Assembly (NCBI GenBank): GCA_024682255.1
Contig: GCA_024682255.1_4716.1
Source of the DNA: a phage
Length of the DNA: 64,000 bases
Direction: 5' to 3' (one strand)
Numbering within the stretch: position 1 is the first letter of the stretch; each line of letters starts with the position of its first letter. The position numbers were made by a program, and so were the translations under genes. The notes below the pieces were generated by a model. It was not told the DNA's origin. It saw only the letters and a list, made by a program, of their open reading frames with translations, and ran no database searches. This document shows positions 28,722 through 38,736 of this stretch, one piece after another.

Positions 28722-29096
28722 TTAATCTTCGTTCCAGATGGCATCTTCCGGTGGAACAATAGGATCTTTCTTCGGCATTGATGGCACTTCATGACGATGC
28801 TTACGGAACTGCCTATCAATAACCTCACGAAGCCGGTACGCATCAACCCATGTTGATTTATTGAACAGCTCCAACGTCACAGTTAGCCGTGTTCTCGACA
28901 TTGAATAGCTTTTCTTTGCAATCAAATTGGGATAATTCAGTTGAGCGAACCACGCACGTATTTGTGCTTCGGTAAAAGCGATGCTGTAATAACTAAGTTT
29001 ACCGTCATTAAAATCGTGCGCGTGGGTGTAGCGTCCAGCGTAACGCCAGACAAGATGCACATTCAGATCGATCCATGGTGGGGTGGTATCAGCCAT
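28722..29096 (-). CDS. hypothetical protein (124 aa)
   Basis: ATG with GAGGG upstream. Confidence 0.55.
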   Translation of the reverse strand: MADTTPPWIDLNVHLVWRYAGRYTHAHDFNDGKLSYYSIAFTEAQIRAWFAQLNYPNLIAKKSYSMSRTRLTVTLELFNKSTWVDAYRLREVIDRQFRKHRHEVPSMPKKDPIVPPEDAIWNED

Positions 29097-29105
29097 GTGT
29101 TACCC

Positions 29106-29675
29106 TCAACGATTCTTCATCACTTTACCTAGGCTTTCGATATTATCCCAAAAGCGATTTTTACTTGGCGCATCACCGACGATAACCGACATCAAATCAC
29201 GACGTTCACGACTGATGATGCCTTGTGATTTCCAGATCACCATCGTCCAGCAAGCTGCCAGAACGAACAGATGGTTAATGCTTGGTTTGGTTTGCGCAAT
29301 GAACGCAAGCCATGCCCAGATACCGGTGTATACTATCGTCACTAAAAAGAGCGAGATTGTTGCAACGACAACAACGAAGTTTTGGACAGCGGGTTGATTC
29401 GCGTTATCATGAATAGCGGTAAGATCAGGAAGGTTACCTTCAACTGAACTCGTTTCATCGATTTCCAATTCTTCGATTTCTTTTCGTGTGTCAGGAGCTA
29501 ATCCAGCATCATCGAGATGCTTTTTTAACCGCTGTATGCTTAATCGTTGACCGACAGGAATGTTGATGTTGTCGTAACTATTAAGCGCATCGACCAGGGA
29601 GCGTCCGTCAACGAGAACCAAGCTCGCGGTACCCATCGTTTGCGGTTTTATTTTGTAAAGGTCTTTTACTTTCAT
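29106..29675 (-). CDS. membrane protein (189 aa, multiple TM segments)
   Basis: ATG with GGAGGT upstream; hydrophobic segments VVVVATISLFLVTIVYTGIWAWLAFI and LFVLAACWTMVIW. Confidence 0.55.
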   Translation of the reverse strand: MKVKDLYKIKPQTMGTASLVLVDGRSLVDALNSYDNINIPVGQRLSIQRLKKHLDDAGLAPDTRKEIEELEIDETSSVEGNLPDLTAIHDNANQPAVQNFVVVVATISLFLVTIVYTGIWAWLAFIAQTKPSINHLFVLAACWTMVIWKSQGIISRERRDLMSVIVGDAPSKNRFWDNIESLGKVMKNR

Positions 29676-29696
29676 GTAGACACCACCTCCAACGTG

Positions 29697-32309
29697 TTAA
29701 GCGTCCGGCGTAAAATCAAAAGGAATGTCCGTACGAATGATATCATAACGTTTTCCGAGGAAATAGAACTCTTCGGGAACCTGGCCTGGAATGATGCTAT
29801 CACCGATGAACTGCGGATACGCCCAGATGTACTGGGTGAGTCCTTCGAACATATCCAGGTTATTTGCGTGGTTGCCCATGATACGTTTCCAGAGTTCGCG
29901 TTTATACGGCGTTTTAACATCGAACCCATAAAGCGGTGCGAGGTCTTCACCAGGAACAAATCCCAGGTAATAGTGGATCTGACTAACTGGGAAACCAAGG
30001 GTATCTCGCGGAATGGTGATCGCTTGCTCAGCCTTGGTGACATGCGTCTCAATAATCCAGTCATAGCACTCTGAATAGAACCGATCGAATTTCTCTGGAT
30101 TATACCACGCTTTGGGAAGATTGAGTTTCTCCGTGAACGCGTTCGACATGATCGTCGGCAAGAACGGAAGAACGCCGGTTTTGATCTGCGTGTATTTCGA
30201 TTTTACCCGGTTAACGAGATTCCAGCAACTGTATCCTAACTGTTCGTTACAAAACTCAACATAGAGATCGTAGTCACCACCGGATAACGGGTTGTTAATA
30301 TCACCGATGTCTGCGGCGTATTTGTTGGGATATCGGTTATTGAAAGCCAGTTTGGTTTGGTAGTCGTAGATACACGGTTTGTTGTTCGCTGTATTGATCC
30401 ACCACCAGGGTTCACCTACTTGTACACAAATGTCCTGGACATGAGGGTAAATGATATCAGCAAACGCGGTTAACACATCCCCTAACCACGTCATCGCCTG
30501 TTGGTTACATGGAGACAACAACCAAGACGGTGGCGTATATCCGGTTGCTGCGATGTTTCCTTCCCAATCCTGCTGCGCCCACTCGAACGGGCATGCGGTA
30601 CTCATCAATTCGTAACTTAAACTGATGGTGACGGAGAAATGGTGTTTTGCAGCATATGCGGCGAAAGCTTCATGCCACGCGATACAGGCCGGATTTAATA
30701 CATCCGTGGTGTTCACCAGTAACTTACCCGCACTTGGCGTCCAGACAGTATCGTAGAAATGCGACATCCCAACATAATGCACTAATTCATCTTGATACCC
30801 CGCATAAACCAGGTTCTCAAATACGCGCTCCGGCGTGATGTTGTAATGGTCATCATAAGCGGTTATCGCACGAAGTTCGTGTGGCGTACAGTGGTGGCGA
30901 CTAACCGTCATTTCCTGATACACCCCATCGATAGGAAGAATCTCGATGGTTAAACCGAGGTCGATTGGCGTTTCCAGATAGGTCGTTTCAGTCGCATCTT
31001 CCTTATAATGTCGAGAACTCATGCTGAACATCAACGACGTTACCGATTCGAGTTCGATGGGTTCGTCAGCATAGAACCCCGCCATTGCGTCATTGAAATC
31101 GATCGTCACGATTGCGCTTCTACCGTCTTCAGAGACATCGGTCGCATATCGGGTTAATGAGATATACTGACGGCTATCGTCTTTGTGTACGACGGTTAAA
31201 ACCGGCGGGTGTTCGGTATCTGCAAAGTTACGCTGATCGCCAGTAAACGTGACCTTCGCTTTAAAGATCAAACCGAGTAACGATGTCATGGGATCATACG
31301 CAATACATCCGTGATCCAGCGTATCCGTTGTCCGCCATTCTATCCCGACCAACCCGTTAGCGGTATGACATCGCATATACGCATTAAGTGTCATGTCCTC
31401 ACTGACAACCGCGAAGTTCTCTGTTGACTGACCGTTGATAATCCAATACATCGGTTGCCAGAGGTTACGCGTACCTTTTGCGTAGCGGTAGGTTGGTGCG
31501 CCTTTGGGGTTGCCATTATTAAGATGGAATACGGCAGTACCTTGATAATGGTCGTTCGTATTAATCGGAACACTGTAAGCATCGCCGAGGTCCGTACGTT
31601 CCACCTTCGTGACTGTCGCGTTTTCAAATAACCCACGTAGCGCGGGTAAACCGATATCTTCCGGCGCGTTTTCTCGACGAATCGCATCCGCGATGCGGTG
31701 GGCTAAGGCGGGGTAAATGACCTCACCCTGTTGTAGGTTTGCAAGACCTACAAAGCGATCGGGAGCGATACCAGCAATCAATAACTCGACATCACCCTTC
31801 GTTCTATCGTCGTTAAGATATTTCAGTCCGGTAAGGTCAAGATGCTGAATAAGCGACAACAGGTTGTATTTACGGTTTTCAACAGTTAGTACAAGATCGC
31901 CCGCCCAAACCAAACTTCCCTCATCCGCTGTTACTTTAACGGATTGTCGGCCCGTGGTAGACGTTGTTGTCGTTTTATTTAATTGTCCTTGTAGGAAGTC
32001 GGTTGCGAGGTCAAAGGCGATACCGTAACGGTCAGCGACCGCTTGCATGATTTCACGTAACTGGGTATCTTCTTCAATGATAATCTTGACAGGTATTCCC
32101 AAGAACGCTTTAGCGAGGTCTCGTTTAACCAACGAGACGAATACGGATTTGTAGTATCGGCTTCCATCTTTCCCTTTAAAAAGAATGGAGGTTGTTTCGG
32201 GTGCCGATAGAACACGTGCAAATACAACATCGTCGGAAGTAAGAGAAAGTCCGTTTTTCTCGTTGACCAATCTTAGTATTTCATTTTGCGCGGTTTCATG
32301 TAACTTCAT
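29697..32309 (-). CDS. tailspike / tail-fibre-like protein (870 aa) with N-terminal anchor domain
   Basis: N-terminal region (RDLAKAFLGIPVKIIIEE ... DRYGIAFDLATDF) is paralogous to the short proteins at 38096..38623 and 42439..43269; long Trp/Tyr-rich C-terminal domain. Confidence 0.55.
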   Translation of the reverse strand: MKLHETAQNEILRLVNEKNGLSLTSDDVVFARVLSAPETTSILFKGKDGSRYYKSVFVSLVKRDLAKAFLGIPVKIIIEEDTQLREIMQAVADRYGIAFDLATDFLQGQLNKTTTTSTTGRQSVKVTADEGSLVWAGDLVLTVENRKYNLLSLIQHLDLTGLKYLNDDRTKGDVELLIAGIAPDRFVGLANLQQGEVIYPALAHRIADAIRRENAPEDIGLPALRGLFENATVTKVERTDLGDAYSVPINTNDHYQGTAVFHLNNGNPKGAPTYRYAKGTRNLWQPMYWIINGQSTENFAVVSEDMTLNAYMRCHTANGLVGIEWRTTDTLDHGCIAYDPMTSLLGLIFKAKVTFTGDQRNFADTEHPPVLTVVHKDDSRQYISLTRYATDVSEDGRSAIVTIDFNDAMAGFYADEPIELESVTSLMFSMSSRHYKEDATETTYLETPIDLGLTIEILPIDGVYQEMTVSRHHCTPHELRAITAYDDHYNITPERVFENLVYAGYQDELVHYVGMSHFYDTVWTPSAGKLLVNTTDVLNPACIAWHEAFAAYAAKHHFSVTISLSYELMSTACPFEWAQQDWEGNIAATGYTPPSWLLSPCNQQAMTWLGDVLTAFADIIYPHVQDICVQVGEPWWWINTANNKPCIYDYQTKLAFNNRYPNKYAADIGDINNPLSGGDYDLYVEFCNEQLGYSCWNLVNRVKSKYTQIKTGVLPFLPTIMSNAFTEKLNLPKAWYNPEKFDRFYSECYDWIIETHVTKAEQAITIPRDTLGFPVSQIHYYLGFVPGEDLAPLYGFDVKTPYKRELWKRIMGNHANNLDMFEGLTQYIWAYPQFIGDSIIPGQVPEEFYFLGKRYDIIRTDIPFDFTPDA

Positions 32310-32331
32310 TAAAAACCTCAGCCCTTTAGAA

Positions 32332-32973
32332 TTAGATGTACTGCTTACCGCCCACGAAGGAAGTTAACCAGTTCCCGCTGACGAGTTGTGATACCCAGCC
32401 TGGAACGGCTCTACCATTCTGGCTCATGATGTTACCACACCAACCAGGGAATCCGGGACGGATGTAATAGAAAGTTAAATTGTAGAGATGACAGTTCCAT
32501 ACCGCAACGTTATGTTTACCAGAAACCGCTTTAAAGACAAACGCGACAGGTAACGGAGACGATAACAATTCGGTCACAGGGACAGCTGACCAGTTCGCAT
32601 TCGCGTTCCATGGTTGCCAGGTATGACTACGCGAGTCGCAATATACGTTACCGTTGCTACCGCGTCCGCCCGCGTTCCACCATAGCGACGGACTCATGTT
32701 TTTAAGTGAGGTAAATTGCTGTGGTGGTATATTCGGAATGATAACAGGGTTGGTACCTTGTCCGTGTTTCTTTTCTTTTGTGTTCACATAGCCGTTTATC
32801 GATTCGAGGTATTTCGTACCAGGATAATTGTTCTGGACTTGTGTCGCAATATCACGAACGTCGAACGTCCAGCAGATCATGGTGTTATAGTAAGCGTCGG
32901 TGTTATCGTGCCATGAGTTACCATCTTGTAAACGTGCGCCGCTATTCGGTGTTTTATCTGTACTTATAGCCAT
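32332..32973 (-). CDS. Trp-rich hypothetical protein (213 aa), receptor-binding module
   Basis: ATG with AGGA upstream; located between the lipoprotein gene and the 870-aa tailspike-like gene. Confidence 0.55.
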   Translation of the reverse strand: MAISTDKTPNSGARLQDGNSWHDNTDAYYNTMICWTFDVRDIATQVQNNYPGTKYLESINGYVNTKEKKHGQGTNPVIIPNIPPQQFTSLKNMSPSLWWNAGGRGSNGNVYCDSRSHTWQPWNANANWSAVPVTELLSSPLPVAFVFKAVSGKHNVAVWNCHLYNLTFYYIRPGFPGWCGNIMSQNGRAVPGWVSQLVSGNWLTSFVGGKQYI

Positions 32974-33112
32974 GGTCTTGTCCTATACGTTGGTGGTTGA
33001 AGTGGCGGATATCGGATGCATGCTGGACGTGAACCCTATAGTTCGCGCTATCGCCATTTTCTACCTCGTTTCTATTCTCAAAAAGGAAATTTCATACGAT
33101 GACGCCATAGCA

Positions 33113-33142
33113 GCTCCTCCTTCCCTGACGGGTTGGAGGAGC
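33113..33142 (-). terminator. two-tier hairpin of the same family in opposite orientation
   Basis: GCTCCTCC-ttccctgacgggtt-GGAGGAGC; loop is the reverse complement form of the aaccc-N4-gggaa loop seen at 5616, 21505 and 28673. Confidence 0.5.
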
Positions 33143-33150
33143 ATACTTAA

Positions 33151-33657
33151 TTACTTACTGATAACCTCAACGGAGTTGGGATCAGCGATCAATGCACGGT
33201 CGGTAGAACAATTGAAGAAGACCATCCCAACACCATCGCCGTTCGAGTTCAGGGTCGAACTTGCGTAAGACAATGTTGGTTTGTTCATGCGGTAGAAGCG
33301 TTCGCTGGTTGCGGTATTGAACCCCAGGTCAACGTAGTCTTTCACCGTGGTATACAACTGGGTGGACTCGAAAACGGTTACCGGAGAGTCAACGGTAAAC
33401 TGACTGCCTTCATCCACAACCAGAACTTTATCGTTCCAGATTTCAGTGGTTGAGAACTTCGGTTTCCAATGTTCGAATTCCTGGGTTGCACCCCAGCAAG
33501 AATACACAGCGAGATTGCTGTTCTTCTCAACAGGTTTTAACCCCACCAGTTGCGTCAGGTCTTTATCCAGGTTCGGTAAACCTTCCAGCGTAGCACACCC
33601 ACCCAGAGAAAGCACCATCAACATACCAAGAACGATCGCGCAAAGTTTCTTTGTCAT
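33151..33657 (-). CDS. lipoprotein (168 aa), candidate receptor-masking / superinfection-exclusion factor
   Basis: Signal peptide with lipobox (MTKKLCAIVLGMLMVLSLGGC); GAGGA upstream; directly downstream of the fibre and Tfa genes. Confidence 0.6.
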   Translation of the reverse strand: MTKKLCAIVLGMLMVLSLGGCATLEGLPNLDKDLTQLVGLKPVEKNSNLAVYSCWGATQEFEHWKPKFSTTEIWNDKVLVVDEGSQFTVDSPVTVFESTQLYTTVKDYVDLGFNTATSERFYRMNKPTLSYASSTLNSNGDGVGMVFFNCSTDRALIADPNSVEVISK

Positions 33658-33698
33658 CGGATTTCCTCATGTGTTAACGGGAGTGATTTCCATAGTAA

Positions 33699-34115
33699 TT
33701 ACACAGTTGTAGGAAATTCCGGCCAATCGATATTTGGTGCAGCATCGGTATCGACAGCAGTCACCGCATCAGTGTAATCCAAAACAGCATTAAGTCGGGT
33801 CGTTTCTTCCGGAGTCAGTTTTCGCCCAGCCCGTAATTTTAACTGAATAAGATCGATGGAAGCCAGCGCAGAATCAATCAAAGATTGTTTTATCTGTTCT
33901 GCTTCGGCGACGAGATCTTCGTGTTGCCGCTCGGGTTCCGGAGGTGCGGTAAACTCACCATTTGAGTATGACCAACCTATTCCAGGTGACACAGCCTCCT
34001 TATCGTCGATATGAACCAACTGCTGATTGTCGAATATATCGAGCTCTGCTTCACCATCGTAAACAATCGTGTTTACTACCACTCCATTTTCAATAACAGC
34101 GTATAATGTACTCAT
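33699..34115 (-). CDS. tfa: tail fibre assembly protein (Tfa-like chaperone)
   Basis: C-terminal LNAVLDYTDAVTAVDTDAAPNIDWPEFP matches the Tfa signature (...VDTSxAPxIxWP); ATG overlaps TAA of the fibre gene (TAATG). Confidence 0.7.
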   Translation of the reverse strand: MSTLYAVIENGVVVNTIVYDGEAELDIFDNQQLVHIDDKEAVSPGIGWSYSNGEFTAPPEPERQHEDLVAEAEQIKQSLIDSALASIDLIQLKLRAGRKLTPEETTRLNAVLDYTDAVTAVDTDAAPNIDWPEFPTTV

Positions 34116-37100
34116 TACATAAACTCCTCGATGATGCAAATCCCATTAGCACCGCGCCCACCAGGCTTAGCGGTTCCTGAGTAAGAGTTATCGTAAGCAG
34201 CACCACCACCCGAACCAGGCGCGAGGCCGTTATGGGCGGTGCCGACACCAGCACGGCCGCCACCGCCCCAATATGACGCACCCCCACATCCACCGGCGGC
34301 AAGAGTACCGGCTTGTCCATCGCTACCGTCTCCGCCCGGAATGCGTATATCCCCGGTAGTAGGTACGCCCCCATAGCCACCGCCAGTGTTTGTGACAGTT
34401 GTTTTTCCTGCGCCTTGCCCGCCGGGAGCAGTTAGCAGGGATGCAAATTTACTATCTCCACCCCCGTTCCCATTCGTCGCCCCAGAGCCACCGGAACCAC
34501 CAGAACCAATTATAACAGAATAACTAGCAGCTGCTACCGTTATAACCGAAATTACTGTTCCGCCAGCTCCTCCTCCAGCGCCAAAAAACGTTTCGCTGTT
34601 GGAATAAGCCTGACAACCGCCACCGCCACCGCCACCACCGGTTATCGTTACTCTAATCCGTTTTGTTCCTTGTGTTGGGGTGTACGTCCCTGACGATGTG
34701 AAAACACGCATATTCAGTAAACGCCCGACATATCCACTAGAATCGGCTAAACCAAGATCTTTAGCTGCTAACGTGATATTAGCCGTACCGTCGAAAGGTT
34801 TACCGTTAATCGTGCGCGCAGTTTGCAGCTTCGTCGCCGTTGCTGCGTTCCCTGATGTATTCTGGTTCCCCGCGGCGTTAACACCTGGTAGATTGATGTT
34901 CGCACTACCGTCGAACGCGACACCACCGATCGTCCTTGCTGTTTGCAGTTTTGTCGCCGTGGCGGCATTACCGGTCGTGTCTTGGTTACCGGTGGTGTTT
35001 ACCCCAGGCAGGTTGATATTTGCCGTTCCGTTAAATGAGACACCACCAATCGTCCTTGCCGTTTGCAACCTCGTTGCGGATGCCGCATTCCCCGTGGTGT
35101 TTTGGTTACCTGTTGCATTCACACCTGGGATACTATCCTTAGATGTGTAGATCTGTGCCCATTCCGACCAGTTCGCATCGGTTGAATCACGACGTGAACG
35201 TAAATAAGCTGGAGCGTGTGCACCTGAGGTACCTGACCACCCAATGAGGATTTCGCCTTCGCCGACCGATGAAGCACCTTTAAGATGAACAATGTTGCCG
35301 TAGGCTGTAGGGTATCCGTTATTGTACGCTTCATACATCTGGATACCCGTGTTGCTGCCCTGGGTCGCATTAGCTAAAGCGGTGACCCGTCCTTTGGAAG
35401 CGAGCACGTTAATGCTAAAGCTAATATCGGTTGTACCGTCAAAGGCGACCCCGTTAATCTTCCGTGCTGTTTGGAGTTTCGTGGCAGTAGCCGCATTACC
35501 AGAGGTACTCTGATTACCTGCTTTGTTCACACCCGGTAAATCAATGTTGGCTGTTCCATCAAAGGACACGCCCCCTATGGTTCTCGCTGTCTGGAGTTTT
35601 GTTGCTGAACCAGCGTTTCCGGAAGTGCTTTGATTACCTGCCGCGTTGACACCTGGTAGGTTAATGCTAGCAGAGCCATCAAAAGAAACTCCGCCGATCG
35701 TGATCGGTGTTTTCAATTTCGTGGCTGTCGCGGCGTTACCCGTCGTATTCTGATTGCCAGCCGCATTAACGCCTGGTAATGCGATATCGGTCGTACCATC
35801 GAACGCAACACCACCGATTTTACGGGCGGTCTGTAGCTTGGTCGCTGTAGCCGCGTTGCCGCTGGTATTTTGCGTGCCCGCTTCATTTACGCCTGGTAAA
35901 TCAATGTTCGCAGTACCATCAAAAGAAACACCCCCGATGGTTCTCGCGGTCTGCAACTTCGTTGCACTTCCTGCGTTTCCGCTGGTGCTTTGATTTCCCG
36001 CTGCATTAACACCTGGTAGACTGATGCTGGCTGAACCATCGAAACTCACACCACCGATCGTAACAGCGGTTTTCAATTTCGTGGCGGTTGCTGCGTTACC
36101 GGTTGTATTTTGGTTGCCTGTCGCATTCACGCCAGGTAATGCAATATCCGCTGTTCCGTCAAAGGCAACGCCACCGATTTTACGTGCAGTTTGTAGCTTG
36201 GTTGCACTAGCAGCGTTACCGCTGGTATTCTGGGTGCCTGCTTTGTTAACACCGGGGAGATCGATGTTAGCAGAACCATCGAAGCTGACGCCACCTATCG
36301 TTCTTGCGGTAGCGAGTTTAGCTGCTGTGGCTGCATTATTACCCACTTTCAGCCAATCATCCCATGGACCATCCTGGCCGTTCCATGATGCCGTTAAACT
36401 ACGTACGTAAATATTGCCGGTACGTACAGTGTAACGTTGCGTTCCACCGAATTGCCCGGTTGGGAGCACTTCAATGTAACCTGCGGCGTTTGCTTCAGGG
36501 AAATTGTGGGCGATGTCCGCGTTCGTTGTTACTGGTTTAGACCAAATACCAACAGACGCTTCGACTGGGCCGAAGGTATTCAGATTTGCGTCTATCGCCA
36601 TAGCGCCATTAAATTTCAGGTATGTCTCTGGCGATAATCCGATCGTTTTAGCAAACGCAGCTTTATCTACGATATCACTACCGTTATTCCCTGCTTGCAA
36701 CGCCGTCTTAGCTGCCTTTATGGTTTCGGTCAATCCAAGATATTGTAAGATCGCATCAACGCTTCCTTTGTTTAGCAGATTCAGACCTGTTGACGTTACG
36801 TTAGTTAGTCCGATTTGGTTCCGTCCAGTAAAATAAGGGAGTTTATTCGCTTCTGTTGTTAGGTTAGACCACGCAGTCAACAACGCGTTCAAAGGCTGTT
36901 TACCCGCCAACGCATTGGTTACTGTCGTTGCGAAATTAGGATCGTTCCCTAAAGCTTGAGCCAGCTCATTAAGCGTATTTAGCGCTTCTGGAGACGAGTC
37001 GATCAGCGATGCGATAGCGCGCATCACAAATTCCGTGTTGGCAATCTGTCGACTGCTATCGTTCTCTGCAGCCGTAGGCGCTGCCGGGATACCGGTGAAC

Positions 37101-38089
37101 ACGGGGCTATTAAGATCTGCCTTGAGCGCGATGAGACGTTTAAGTGCGTCGACATCGACTTTCAGGTTTTCCCACCCGATGAGAGAACCACCACTGCTGG
37201 CATGATAACGGTTATACCAGAAGTCACCGTTAATGCCTAAAAAGAATATTCCCTTCTCTTCGTTTTGTGGGCCAGAACTGTTCCGTGACGAGCTGATGTA
37301 ATTGATTTCAATAAGACCGGTAAACGTCACTCCTGGAATTATTTTATTGTCTCCAGCTGACTGTGATACCTGGTAAATCCCCGGGGTTGCGGCTTTAACC
37401 CATGTTAAGAATTCTGTTACTCCAGCGGTGCCGCTAAAATTCTTAACGTCGGTAAGTATTGCCCCATAACCGAACATACCGGGTAGAGCCACTCGTCCGC
37501 TGGTACGGTCACGAATATCTGTTACAACAACGGGCAATTGTTTACGAACGGCATTAACCGCTTTAGGCGTGGCCGATTTTGTCTCGTCGTCGCTATCGGT
37601 TGCATTACTTAGAATAGTTAAACCGCGTGTAGCAGTAGTTGCATCAGGAAGAAATGCGTTATCCAACACCTTAAGCTGTACTGCACTCGTATTACTAACA
37701 ACGACATGCACTTGACAGTTAAGAACGCTGGTTGCGCCTTCGGCAGGCGTAGGCTTATATCTTTCTGGTGCACTGCAGACGGCAATCAGAACACCTTGAT
37801 CATCATACAGACCGATCTCACGTACCCAGAACCCACCTTGACCAGCAGGAATAATACCCTCAACGATAATCCTGGTTGTGCTATCACCATCCGCATGGAT
37901 ATTAGAAACTTCCCCACGATAAACTTCGTGGACAAGCGCTGTTTGGCTGGCGGACGGGGTTGGGATCGAGCCGTTACCATCACCAACGGCAAAGTGTGTG
38001 ATTTTTAGTTTCTCACCGTCGGGAAGTAACGCAGCGGTGATACGTTCTGCTCCTTTATCGGTAACTACCGTTATATATGCTGTACTCAT
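34115..38089 (-). CDS. long tail fibre protein (1324 aa): Stf-like N-terminus, 40-aa tandem repeats, Gly-rich C-terminus
   Basis: N-terminus (AVGDGNG, LVHEVYRGE, GGFWVREIGLYDDQG, APERYKP) resembles lambda-type side tail fibres; about 11 tandem 40-aa repeats (TIGGVSFDGSANIDLPGVN...GNAATATKLQTAR); C-terminal poly-Gly region. Confidence 0.8.
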   Translation of the reverse strand: MSTAYITVVTDKGAERITAALLPDGEKLKITHFAVGDGNGSIPTPSASQTALVHEVYRGEVSNIHADGDSTTRIIVEGIIPAGQGGFWVREIGLYDDQGVLIAVCSAPERYKPTPAEGATSVLNCQVHVVVSNTSAVQLKVLDNAFLPDATTATRGLTILSNATDSDDETKSATPKAVNAVRKQLPVVVTDIRDRTSGRVALPGMFGYGAILTDVKNFSGTAGVTEFLTWVKAATPGIYQVSQSAGDNKIIPGVTFTGLIEINYISSSRNSSGPQNEEKGIFFLGINGDFWYNRYHASSGGSLIGWENLKVDVDALKRLIALKADLNSPVFTGIPAAPTAAENDSSRQIANTEFVMRAIASLIDSSPEALNTLNELAQALGNDPNFATTVTNALAGKQPLNALLTAWSNLTTEANKLPYFTGRNQIGLTNVTSTGLNLLNKGSVDAILQYLGLTETIKAAKTALQAGNNGSDIVDKAAFAKTIGLSPETYLKFNGAMAIDANLNTFGPVEASVGIWSKPVTTNADIAHNFPEANAAGYIEVLPTGQFGGTQRYTVRTGNIYVRSLTASWNGQDGPWDDWLKVGNNAATAAKLATARTIGGVSFDGSANIDLPGVNKAGTQNTSGNAASATKLQTARKIGGVAFDGTADIALPGVNATGNQNTTGNAATATKLKTAVTIGGVSFDGSASISLPGVNAAGNQSTSGNAGSATKLQTARTIGGVSFDGTANIDLPGVNEAGTQNTSGNAATATKLQTARKIGGVAFDGTTDIALPGVNAAGNQNTTGNAATATKLKTPITIGGVSFDGSASINLPGVNAAGNQSTSGNAGSATKLQTARTIGGVSFDGTANIDLPGVNKAGNQSTSGNAATATKLQTARKINGVAFDGTTDISFSINVLASKGRVTALANATQGSNTGIQMYEAYNNGYPTAYGNIVHLKGASSVGEGEILIGWSGTSGAHAPAYLRSRRDSTDANWSEWAQIYTSKDSIPGVNATGNQNTTGNAASATRLQTARTIGGVSFNGTANINLPGVNTTGNQDTTGNAATATKLQTARTIGGVAFDGSANINLPGVNAAGNQNTSGNAATATKLQTARTINGKPFDGTANITLAAKDLGLADSSGYVGRLLNMRVFTSSGTYTPTQGTKRIRVTITGGGGGGGGCQAYSNSETFFGAGGGAGGTVISVITVAAASYSVIIGSGGSGGSGATNGNGGGDSKFASLLTAPGGQGAGKTTVTNTGGGYGGVPTTGDIRIPGGDGSDGQAGTLAAGGCGGASYWGGGGRAGVGTAHNGLAPGSGGGAAYDNSYSGTAKPGGRGANGICIIEEFM
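34777..36334 (-). repeat. tandem ~120-bp coding repeats inside the tail fibre gene (two blocks)
   Basis: Protein residues ~586-895 and ~985-1105 are 40-aa repeats with alternating 80-aa super-period; antisense ORFs on the track (34680..35150, 35754..35993, 36024..36410) mirror the repeat. Confidence 0.7.
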
Positions 38090-38095
38090 GGTGTT

Positions 38096-38623
38096 TTATC
38101 CTGGATAAATAGTGATGATATCACCAATGACGGTTGTGGCACCGGCGTAAAGATGAGCCGGAGATACATCGTGTTGGTTTGTCACAGTAAGATCCAATCG
38201 ACCACGCCAAACCATGGAGGTATTCGCGATGGGGATAGAAATCTTTTTGGATATATCGTCACGAAAATCAATAACAGTGGCAAGGGTAACCGCATCAAAA
38301 TCAACGTCGGGGTCAAAGACGAACCCGTATCGATCTGAAATAGCTCGAATAATCGCATGTATAGTTGTTGTCTCAACAGACTCTAAAACGATTTTTACCG
38401 GTATGCCTAAAAATGCCTTCGCGATATCGCGTCGGGCGTAAACGATAAAGCATTCACCGCACCACTTTGTTCCTTCATTTGCTGTGACGATCACTTTTGC
38501 CCTGTTAGCACCAGAACTCCCATCCAAGGTTAATGTAAGATCGGAGCTGCTGAACACGCTACCGTTACGTTGGTTTATCAACGTAATCAGTTCGTCTTTC
38601 CATGGCGGGTAAAGTGAACGCAT
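38096..38623 (-). CDS. fibre anchor-domain protein (~175 aa), paralog of the 870-aa protein N-terminus
   Basis: RRDIAKAFLGIPVKIVLES ... DRYGFVFDPDVDFD; internal ATG with GGAGG upstream chosen (track start is TTG). Confidence 0.55.
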   Translation of the reverse strand: MRSLYPPWKDELITLINQRNGSVFSSSDLTLTLDGSSGANRAKVIVTANEGTKWCGECFIVYARRDIAKAFLGIPVKIVLESVETTTIHAIIRAISDRYGFVFDPDVDFDAVTLATVIDFRDDISKKISIPIANTSMVWRGRLDLTVTNQHDVSPAHLYAGATTVIGDIITIYPG

Positions 38624-38736
38624 AAGCGCACCCTCCTCCAACAATCAAATTAAAATATATAACTCCTCGAAACCAGAGTGCGATTCGAGGTAAGCGTAAA
38701 CAGTCCAGACGACCGCATAAAATTCCGCGCATATTG

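Noticed and set aside
34777-36334. Possible CRISPR-like array suggested by regular direct repeats
   Set aside because: The repeats are contiguous, in-frame coding units of one long ORF with no unique spacers and no cas genes; they are protein repeats.
34680-36410. Plus-strand ORFs 34680..35150, 35754..35993 and 36024..36410 with repetitive AVPSKATPPI... translations
   Set aside because: They are antisense to the tail fibre gene and simply mirror its 120-bp tandem repeats; no start context of their own.
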